Positions 8,200-14,818 of a DNA stretch of 29,247 nucleotides are shown here, piece by piece. The notes beneath the pieces were generated by a model. It was given only the letters and a program-made list of their open reading frames with translations. It was not told where the DNA came from and made no database searches. A program made the translations under genes and the position numbers. Positions within the stretch are counted from its first letter, which is position 1, and each line of letters opens with the position of its first letter. The stretch is from a virus (Duplodnaviria; Caudoviricetes), in the IMG/VR virus record IMGVR_UViG_3300025042_000034, positions 1 to 29,247 of that record, one strand, 5' to 3'.

Positions 8200-8241
8200 A
8201 AAATAGCTCAGCTAATTATTTAAGGCAATAGTCCAGCTAAT
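8200..8241 (-). promoter_or_regulatory. PL-like promoter with two repressor operators
   Basis: Minus strand TTGCCT (8228-8223) -17- TATTTT (8205-8200); operators AATAG-N5-CTAAT at 8202-8216 and 8227-8241. Confidence 0.75.
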
Positions 8242-8256
8242 AAATACTTAATATTT

Positions 8257-8994
8257 TTATAGCTCGACTATTTTTCTCTTAGCTTTGCCACAAATTGACC
8301 ACTCTTCGGTCAGCTTGATGATGCGGTCGGGAAAATCTGGGTTGGTTGCTTCCAGATAGAAAACTCCGCCCTCACGACGCAAACGTTTGAGCGTTACGCT
8401 CTGATCGCTGGTGCGTTTGGCGAGCACGATATCGCCGGGGAGGGCTTCGAGTTCGGGATCTATGACTACCCGGTCGCCGGGGTATATGTCTGGCACCATG
8501 CTTGTGCCCTCTACCTTGAGTACGAATGCCCGATTGCTCACTGGGCCTCCTGAGTGAATCCATTCGTCTGCGTCGCCTGGTTGAAAGTTATCAACGGCTT
8601 CGCAAAAAGAGCCAGCTTGAACTTCACCAATCACAGGCAGCATGCGGCCTGCGGTCGGCATGGAGACTACGTTGTCTGATACCAGGTGATCTGCAGAAGG
8701 TTCTTGTATGCGCTGGTTGAGCAGCTTGGCCAACCGTGGGCTGACCTCTTCAGGTAGAAAGTCGAGCGCTTTCGCTAGCTTTAGCAGGGCTTCGATGTTG
8801 AGTGGCATGCCGCCATTCATGTACTGGCTGACGCTGCCTTGCGAAAGCCATCCGCACTGTTCTGCCACCACGTACTGGTTAAGCGTTTTGTCTGCTGCCT
8901 TACGCGCTTTGTAAATGGCTTTTAGGCGTGCGGATTCCTCGTCAATGATGACGCGGTCGACCTCTGGCGGTTTGTTGGGGTAGTCGTTGCTCAT
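8257..8994 (-). CDS. cI: CI-like repressor (HTH plus S24 autopeptidase)
   Basis: HTH (NQYVVAEQCGWLSQGSVSQY), Ala-Gly cleavage site (VQAG), catalytic Ser (GTSM) and Lys (TLKRL). Confidence 0.95.
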   Translation of the reverse strand: MSNDYPNKPPEVDRVIIDEESARLKAIYKARKAADKTLNQYVVAEQCGWLSQGSVSQYMNGGMPLNIEALLKLAKALDFLPEEVSPRLAKLLNQRIQEPSADHLVSDNVVSMPTAGRMLPVIGEVQAGSFCEAVDNFQPGDADEWIHSGGPVSNRAFVLKVEGTSMVPDIYPGDRVVIDPELEALPGDIVLAKRTSDQSVTLKRLRREGGVFYLEATNPDFPDRIIKLTEEWSICGKAKRKIVEL

Positions 8995-9006
8995 GTGTGC
9001 ATCATT

Positions 9007-9078
9007 ATTAATTATACCAATATTGACAAACAGCCAGACTAATAAACCCTTGCGCCTTAAAATTGGTATAGCTAATAT
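9007..9078. promoter_or_regulatory. OR region: three operators with PR and PRM-like promoters
   Basis: 15-bp sites near consensus ATTAG-N5-CTAAT at 9007-9021, 9029-9043, 9062-9076; PR TTGCGC (9050-9055) -17- TAATAT (9073-9078); minus-strand extended -10 TGgTATAAT at 9019-9011 facing cI. Confidence 0.75.
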
Positions 9079-9113
9079 CTAAAGCATTGTTGTTAGACAG
9101 AGGCGATGAAGCC

Positions 9114-9326
9114 ATGAAACTCACCGAAGCAATGCCGCTGAATGAATTTGTGCAGGGACGTAAGCAGGATCAGATTGCCGCCGCGTTGGGTGTTACCCAG
9201 GGCTCGGTTTCTCAGATGATGAACTCTAGCCGTTCAATCTGGGTAAGGGCGCTTCCGGACGGGGGCTACCAAGCTTATGAGGTGCGCCCGATTGGGCGAA
9301 AGCCAGCACAACAGATTGCCGCATAA
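9114..9326 (+). CDS. cro: Cro-like repressor
   Basis: 70 aa, divergent from cI; QDQIAAALGVTQGSVSQM HTH followed by lambda-Cro-like beta region (AYEVRP). Confidence 0.9.
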   Translation: MKLTEAMPLNEFVQGRKQDQIAAALGVTQGSVSQMMNSSRSIWVRALPDGGYQAYEVRPIGRKPAQQIAA

Positions 9327-9355
9327 AACAAACCCTGCTGCTTTGGCGGCAGGGT
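9325..9355 (-). terminator. Intrinsic terminator-like hairpin
   Basis: ACCCTGCTGC/GCGGCAGGGT stem at 9332-9355; TTGTTTT tail on the minus strand. Confidence 0.6.
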
Positions 9356-9487
9356 AGGTGTCAGTGCCAAGGGACCACCTACCACGGAAGACCCTTGACC
9401 CTGACGGGATGATGAGCAGCTACCACACCGCTCATCGCAACAGCCGGCCCCCGACACAGCCAGTGCAGAAGGGGCCGAGCCGCTGTA
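9325..9487 (-). ncRNA. Candidate antisense regulatory RNA (~160 nt, four hairpins)
   Basis: Minus-strand promoter-like TAGCCA (9522-9517) -18- TATGCT (9498-9493); four consecutive stems; the last stem has a T-rich tail only on the minus strand; loops complementary to motifs at left-operon start sites. Confidence 0.5.
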
Positions 9488-9523
9488 GACCAAGCATAAG
9501 CGGTATAACCGCGCCTTGGCTAC

Positions 9524-9546
9524 GGCGTTACAGGGGAATTAACGCC
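9524..9546. promoter_or_regulatory. Palindromic site GGCGTTA-N9-TAACGCC (copy 1)
   Basis: Perfect 7-bp inverted repeat around the SD of the CII-like gene; near-identical copy at 13858-13880. Confidence 0.6.
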
Positions 9547-9547
9547 A

Positions 9548-10036
9548 ATGAGTAGACAACACCTTCTGCCGGACGCTGGACCGGTGCTCGATATCCACCA
9601 GGCCGTTTATGTGGCTGCCCGCGAATGCAGGGGCGGTATGACGGCGTTGGCTGCAACGGTGGTTGTGCCTTACGACACTTTTCAGAAGAAAGTGAGCGTG
9701 GCCAATGCCACCCACCATTTGCTGCTGCATGAGTTTATGGCGGTGGCTGAGGCGGTAGATGATGATCGCATTGATGATGCCTTTGCTCGCGCTCGCGGCA
9801 AGCTACTGTTCAAACCCCAACCGGTACCGGCCACCCGTCAGGCGCTTGAGGCGCTGGGCAAGATGCTGGCTGCTGAGGGTGCGTTTGTTGGCAGCCTGCA
9901 TGAAGGCGTGGCCGACAGTAAGTGGGAGCAGCACGAGGTTGAGAAGCTGGAGCACTGCGCGCATAAGGTGATCAGCGAGATTCTAGGCATCTGCGCGGGT
10001 GCGCGGCAGGCGATGGAGGGCGACAACCATGGCTGA
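9548..10036 (+). CDS. Phage regulatory CII-family protein
   Basis: 162 aa downstream of cro; GGMTALA...TFQKKV.......HHL HTH-like N-terminus and ADSKWEQHEV C-terminus typical of CII-like proteins. Confidence 0.75.
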   Translation: MSRQHLLPDAGPVLDIHQAVYVAARECRGGMTALAATVVVPYDTFQKKVSVANATHHLLLHEFMAVAEAVDDDRIDDAFARARGKLLFKPQPVPATRQALEALGKMLAAEGAFVGSLHEGVADSKWEQHEVEKLEHCAHKVISEILGICAGARQAMEGDNHG

Positions 10037-10259
10037 TGCATGCGATCTGGGCAACGATCGCGCCCAACAGATAATCGATGATGCCCTCGCGGCACGCCGA
10101 CAACAGGCCTCGCGGCCTGTTGTTGATCACCTGTTTTGTGAGTCTTGCGGCGTGGCTATTCCGCCCAAGCGCCGTGAGTTATTGCCTGGTGTTGAGACCT
10201 GCGTGCATTGCCAGGAGATTCTTGAGCATAAGGGGGTGGGCCGTGGCAGACCTGTCTGA
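10029..10259 (+). CDS. TraR/DksA C4 zinc-finger protein
   Basis: MADACD N-terminus; CESC...IPPKRRELLPGVETCVHCQ; SD GGAGG. Confidence 0.92.
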   Translation: MADACDLGNDRAQQIIDDALAARRQQASRPVVDHLFCESCGVAIPPKRRELLPGVETCVHCQEILEHKGVGRGRPV

Positions 10260-11289
10260 TATTACGCTCGATGACTTGGCTGGCCTGCTGGCCCATATTA
10301 ACGCCGACACTGATCGCGACAGCTGGGTGAAGATCGGCATGGGTGTGAAGGCGCACTTCGGCGAAGACGGCTTTAACGATTGGAACAGCTGGAGCCAGAA
10401 CAGCCCTGATTACAAGCCAGCTGATGCGCTGAGCGCGTGGAAGTCGTTCAAAGGCGCGAAGGTAACCATCGGTACGGTGGTGCATTTGGCGAAAGAGGGC
10501 GGCTGGAAGTTTACCAAGCGCGAGCTGACCGCTAAAGAGAAGCGTGAGCGCAAGGCAGAGCAGGAAGCCCGCCGCAAACAGCGCCAAGCTGAGGTTGAAG
10601 CTGACGTAGCCCAACTGACCGCAATGCAGGCTGAGATTCAGAGGATTACCGGTCGGCTGCTGGCGGAGTTTACGCAGGCGCGCGGTAAGAGTGAGTACTT
10701 AGAGCGTAAACAGGTGCCGCCCTACGGTGTGCGGTTTATTACGCGCAATGTGGTGTTGAGCATTGATGCACAGCTGGTGCGCTGTGATTTGTGGACGGGT
10801 GATGATATCGCCCGTTTTTTTGCGAACCTGCCCAACCCAAGGCCCGACCATCACACCTTCATGAAGCTGGACGCGGGCACCTTTCTAGTGCCGCTGCGCG
10901 ATATCGATAAGGTGGTGTGGAGTTTTCAGGCGATATCGGCCAACGGCACGAAGCTGTTTCCTAAGTTTGCGCGTAAGCAGGGCTGCATGCATTGCATTGG
11001 TACGCTGGATGGTGCCGAGGTAATTGTGGCGGCTGAGGGCTATGCAACGGCGGCAAGTGTTGCCCAGGCTAGCGAGTGGCCTACGGTGATGACGGTGGAT
11101 GTGGGCAATATGGCGGTGCTGGCTCGGCAGTTGCGTGCGAAGTATCCGGCGGCGCGGCTGATTTTGGCGGGCGATGATGACCCCAAACCAGACGGTAAGA
11201 ATCCGGGCCGCACTGCGGCTGAAGCTATTGCTGCGGAATTGGGCCTTACGGTGGTGTTCCCGGTTGTGCCTATGCAGGTGGCGGCATGA
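10243..11289 (+). CDS. DNA primase (PriCT-2 plus Toprim domains)
   Basis: Probable GTG start at 10243; DRDSWVKIGMG...WS (PriCT-2); AEGYATA and AGDDD (Toprim). Confidence 0.88.
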   Translation: MADLSDITLDDLAGLLAHINADTDRDSWVKIGMGVKAHFGEDGFNDWNSWSQNSPDYKPADALSAWKSFKGAKVTIGTVVHLAKEGGWKFTKRELTAKEKRERKAEQEARRKQRQAEVEADVAQLTAMQAEIQRITGRLLAEFTQARGKSEYLERKQVPPYGVRFITRNVVLSIDAQLVRCDLWTGDDIARFFANLPNPRPDHHTFMKLDAGTFLVPLRDIDKVVWSFQAISANGTKLFPKFARKQGCMHCIGTLDGAEVIVAAEGYATAASVAQASEWPTVMTVDVGNMAVLARQLRAKYPAARLILAGDDDPKPDGKNPGRTAAEAIAAELGLTVVFPVVPMQVAA

Positions 11290-13019
11290 CGGCGGCGCGT
11301 AAGGTTGATTGGAATGATCTGCATGTTGAGTTTGGCCTGGCGGTAGTACGCGAGCAGCTGCTGGCTGCAGCCAATGAGCCGGTGCGCTCTGTTGCGCCCA
11401 GCGCGGATGATCTTCCCCCGGCCCCATCTGGTACTGAGCCGCCGCCGGCGGCTGAACTAACTGAGGGGTACGGGGAGGGCTGGCATCTGGAGAAGGTGCG
11501 GGCGCGGTTTGCGTTGATTGAGGGCGAGACCAAGGTATTTGATTTGCACCGCCGGGCCATCGTGCGCAAGGCTGGTTTTGAGGCGCTGGTGGGTAAGGCG
11601 CTGGCTAAGCAGTGGTTTGAGCTGCCAGAGAAAAAGGCGATAGACCCAGACAATGCGAAGCGGGTGGAGAATGACGCGAAGTTGGGCAAGCGCTCGAAGG
11701 CGACCAAGGACGGCACTGATGTGTATTGGCGTTATGTGTACCTGGATGGCTCGCAGGATATTTACGACCGCCAGTTACGGCAGCGCTTGCCAGCGGCGGC
11801 GGTGAAGCTGGCTATGGGCGATGGCTTTACGCTGTGGCAGAACAGCGACAATCGGCGGGTGATTCCGTCTGAGAACCTGCTGTTTGATCCGCAGATGATT
11901 GAGAGCCCGGCGGATACGATCAATACCTTTGAGGGTTTGCCGCTGACACCGGTACCGAACGGTTCGGCTTGCGAGGGCATGGTCTGGTTGATCAGCTTTC
12001 TATGTAACGGTCAGAAGGATGCCATTCAGTGGCTGACGCGCTGGCTGGCTTACCCGCTGCAACGGGTGGGCGCGAAGCTGGACACGGCGGTGCTAATGCA
12101 TTCGACCATGGAGGGCTCGGGTAAGAGTCTGTTGTTTGGCGACATCATGCGGCCTATCTATGGCCCTTACGGGGCTACGGTGGGGCAGGCGCAGCTAGAG
12201 AGTAACTGGACGCAGTGGCAGTCGAACAAGCTGTACGGGTTGTTTGAAGAGGTGGTGAGCCGCGATCAGCGTTACAACCAGGTGGGCAAGATTAAGCATA
12301 TGGTGACGGGCAAGACGGTACGGATCGAGAGTAAGTTTGTGAACGGTTGGGAGGAGGCCAACTACATGAACGCGGTGTTTCTCTCGAACGAGATCCTGCC
12401 ATGGCCAATTGGCGAGAATGACCGGCGCATGCTGGTGTTGTGGCCTGAGAAGACGCTGCCCGAGCGAGCGCAAAAACGAATCGGTTATGAGTTGAAGAAC
12501 GGCGGTATTGAGGCGTTCTTTGATTACTTGTTGGAGTATGACCTGGGCGACTTTGACGAGCGCACGCGGCCACCGGCTACGCCTGCTCGGCAGCGGCTGG
12601 TTGAGTTGAGCCGGGCCAGCTGGGATACGTTTTACCATCAATGGAAGGCTGGAGAGCTGGGCGTGCCGTTTGATCTGTGCCGCACGCAGGATCTGCACGA
12701 TCTGTTTCTTGAGTGGTGCTCAAGGCTTAAAGAGCATTCGCTTAGCGAGACGAAGTTCAGCCTATTTGTGTCGACCAAGCCGGACACGTTTAAGTCTGAC
12801 TCACAGATATTCTGGACGGATGACAACGGTGACCGGCGGCGCTCTATCTTCTTTATGCCTTCCCCCGACCCCAACCTTGATATGAGCAATGCCAAGCAGG
12901 TGGGGCGGCAGGTGTATGCGTGGCGATTGGAGGCGCTGAAGGCGGGCTGGCACCCCGATAAGTGGGAGAAGTGCATAGGCTTTGCTGCGCCGCTGGCAGG
13001 GAGTAGGGCTGATGGCTGA
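11286..13019 (+). CDS. SF3/D5-like replicative helicase (DUF5906-like)
   Basis: Walker A EGSGKS, Walker B LFEEV, motif C FLSN, DRR arginine finger. Confidence 0.88.
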   Translation: MTAARKVDWNDLHVEFGLAVVREQLLAAANEPVRSVAPSADDLPPAPSGTEPPPAAELTEGYGEGWHLEKVRARFALIEGETKVFDLHRRAIVRKAGFEALVGKALAKQWFELPEKKAIDPDNAKRVENDAKLGKRSKATKDGTDVYWRYVYLDGSQDIYDRQLRQRLPAAAVKLAMGDGFTLWQNSDNRRVIPSENLLFDPQMIESPADTINTFEGLPLTPVPNGSACEGMVWLISFLCNGQKDAIQWLTRWLAYPLQRVGAKLDTAVLMHSTMEGSGKSLLFGDIMRPIYGPYGATVGQAQLESNWTQWQSNKLYGLFEEVVSRDQRYNQVGKIKHMVTGKTVRIESKFVNGWEEANYMNAVFLSNEILPWPIGENDRRMLVLWPEKTLPERAQKRIGYELKNGGIEAFFDYLLEYDLGDFDERTRPPATPARQRLVELSRASWDTFYHQWKAGELGVPFDLCRTQDLHDLFLEWCSRLKEHSLSETKFSLFVSTKPDTFKSDSQIFWTDDNGDRRRSIFFMPSPDPNLDMSNAKQVGRQVYAWRLEALKAGWHPDKWEKCIGFAAPLAGSRADG

Positions 13020-13021
13020 TG

Positions 13022-13306
13022 TGTCGGGGGTGTCTAGGGTATGTCTACCCTTGCTTTGCCCAACCCTAGACAGCCGAAAGCCGCGTGGTTTGTGGCTTTG
13101 CGAGGTGTTGTCCGGGGTGTCTAGGGTTTACACGCGTGCGCGGGTGCGCGCATTTACATAGTGATGATATTCCGGTTTTTTTCTCATGCGTGAGCAAATA
13201 ACCCTATCAAGCCTAGACACTATAGACAGTTGATTCCAAGTAAATGAAATGTAAAGAGTTTAGGTGTCTAGGGTGCTGTCTAGGGTTAGCCGATATCTGT
13301 CCGGGG
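13022..13306. repeat. Iteron array, probable replication origin
   Basis: 9-mer TGTCTAGGG at 13031, 13118, 13265, 13277; variants at 13022, 13042, 13109, 13298; inverted copies at 13064, 13211, 13220; AT-rich stretches between clusters. Confidence 0.75.
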
Positions 13307-13327
13307 TCTGATTTGAAGGGGAATGCC

Positions 13328-13768
13328 ATGATTGAAGTAGTAGAACGGGCGCTGATTGCGTGGGGTCATGAGTACAGGACGCGGGGCACGGTGGCTGCCT
13401 TGCCGTGCACGCTGGGCGCGGCGATTGATAACAAGGGCGTGATGATTCGTAGCACGGGGAATGTTGGCAGCGGCGGCGGTGTGGGGCTGGAGGCGGGGGA
13501 GCTTGGCGTGGTGGGTAGTGCTGTTGAAGCCGCTCTGGTGCGGATACGCCAGCCGGAGGTTGCAGGTGGGCACGGCAAGGTGGGCATTGAGCTGTCGAAG
13601 CTGGCCCGTGTGCGGTACCTGTCTGACCCCATGCCCTTGGTTGAACATCAGATGAAGCGCATGGCGTGGCGCTCGCCTGAGACCCACCGCAGTAAGCTGC
13701 ATCAGTTGCATGTGCTGCTGGAGCCGCTGTTGCTCAAAGAACTGCCTTGGTTGAAGCGCGCGGCGTGA
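13328..13768 (+). CDS. Probable late-gene antiterminator (Q-like)
   Basis: 146 aa from MIEVVERALIAWG; between origin and late promoter/terminator; C-terminal RVRY and HTH-like region. Confidence 0.6.
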   Translation: MIEVVERALIAWGHEYRTRGTVAALPCTLGAAIDNKGVMIRSTGNVGSGGGVGLEAGELGVVGSAVEAALVRIRQPEVAGGHGKVGIELSKLARVRYLSDPMPLVEHQMKRMAWRSPETHRSKLHQLHVLLEPLLLKELPWLKRAA

Positions 13769-13857
13769 AATAGTTATGACCATTCGTCGGGCGTGTTTTG
13801 GCGCGAAACCATGCTCAACACACCTTGCACACACCGCCCACACAATACGCCGGAAAT

Positions 13858-13880
13858 GGCGTTAATTGGCCCTTTACGCC
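13858..13880. promoter_or_regulatory. Palindromic site GGCGTTA-N9-TTACGCC (copy 2), in the probable late-promoter region
   Basis: Same architecture as 9524-9546; overlaps a possible TTTACG (13873-13878) -17- TAAAAA (13896-13901) promoter. Confidence 0.55.
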
Positions 13881-13983
13881 ATTGGGGGTTGAGGGTAAAA
13901 AGACAGCTATTGTTGTATAGGTGCGTCAGTAAGGCCGCCTTTAAGCTGTGTTTCCCCTGCTGGACTGGCTGCCAGCAACCCCG

Positions 13984-14021
13984 AGCCCCACACATGAGAA
14001 TGTTGTGGGGCTTTTCTATTT
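13984..14021 (+). terminator. tR'-like intrinsic terminator ahead of the late genes
   Basis: AGCCCCACA/TGTGGGGCT stem followed by TTTCTATTT. Confidence 0.75.
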
Positions 14022-14054
14022 CAGCACCAGGGACGATTCAACCCAGGAGCATCT

Positions 14055-14441
14055 ATGAGGATCAACGATATGAGCGAGCCGGCATCAACGGCGCTGGCTG
14101 GCTTCGGGCTGACTAAGATCGCCGGTTTTCTTTTTGGCGCTACTTTCGCGGCTATCGTCGTGATGGCAATGACTCAGCCGAAAAGCACTCGCGAGTGGGT
14201 CGTTGCACTCATCTGCACGGTATTTGCTTCAGTGTGCGGTGGAGCAGGCATGGTGCAGTGGCTTGACCTGCACGCATGGGCTGACCAGTTTGAAGGCATG
14301 GTAGCTCTGATTGGTCTGTGCTTTGTGTGCGGCCTGCCTGCCTGGGTATTTGTGCGGGCATGGTTCGCTTATGCAGATAAGCGCCAAGGCACGTCATTGA
14401 TCGACATAATCAAAGAAATACGTGAGGCGTTGGGGCGATAG
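14055..14441 (+). CDS. Probable holin (three TM segments; second start at 14070)
   Basis: Three hydrophobic segments, charged C-terminus, first late gene. Confidence 0.75.
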   Translation: MRINDMSEPASTALAGFGLTKIAGFLFGATFAAIVVMAMTQPKSTREWVVALICTVFASVCGGAGMVQWLDLHAWADQFEGMVALIGLCFVCGLPAWVFVRAWFAYADKRQGTSLIDIIKEIREALGR

Positions 14442-14443
14442 AG

Positions 14444-14465
14444 ATGCCGCCTTGAGAGGCGGCAT
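14444..14465. terminator. Hairpin between convergent genes
   Basis: ATGCCGCCT-TGAG-AGGCGGCAT perfect 9-bp stem; weak T tails. Confidence 0.55.
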
Positions 14466-14470
14466 TGGGT

Positions 14471-14674
14471 TTATTCCACTGTGAGCGCTTGCTGGATCCT
14501 GTCGGCGTATTCGGATAAACGGTTGAACTCGAGTTGCACGTTAGTGCCCTCAGCGCCAAGAGCCTTTGCAGCGATTACTTCAAGCGCTGCGGCGACCGCG
14601 GCAGCTCTTTTCTCGCTAGGCTCAGAGTCGTTGCTTGAGGCAAGCATAATATTTCTAAATATAGTCTCAGACAT
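14471..14674 (-). CDS. Small moron protein, unknown function
   Basis: 67 aa from MSETIFRN with SD AAGGA; opposite strand to the late operon. Confidence 0.65.
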   Translation of the reverse strand: MSETIFRNIMLASSNDSEPSEKRAAAVAAALEVIAAKALGAEGTNVQLEFNRLSEYADRIQQALTVE

Positions 14675-14818
14675 TTGAACGTTCCTTGTTGAGCAAGTGG
14701 GTGTAGGTTCAACAATGCACCACGCTGAGTGCATGATCAAGTCGACAAGTTTCTATTGATGGACAAATCATAAGTTGGACTAAGTCATGATCAGCGAGAC
14801 TCGGAAGGTGCCTCGGCC

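Noticed and set aside
9023-9028. TTGACA in the OR region
   Set aside because: No matching -10 at normal spacing; TTGCGC-17-TAATAT fits PR better
9358-9555. 65-aa plus-strand ORF and overlapping 72-aa minus-strand ORF (9275-9493)
   Set aside because: Non-ATG starts, no protein-like motifs; the region is better explained by stacked RNA hairpins
10078-10242. Upstream extensions given in the ORF track (primase here; also 3130-3495, 3788-4690, 4656-5327, 6512-6919, 13244, 16264)
   Set aside because: They overlap neighbouring genes or regulatory DNA; downstream starts with SD sequences or coupling were used instead
13022-13306. Repeat cluster considered as a CRISPR array
   Set aside because: Repeats are 9 bp, irregularly spaced and in both orientations; no cas genes
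13793-14116. 107-aa ORF over the late promoter region
   Set aside because: Spans the palindrome and terminator, overlaps the holin out of frame, no SD
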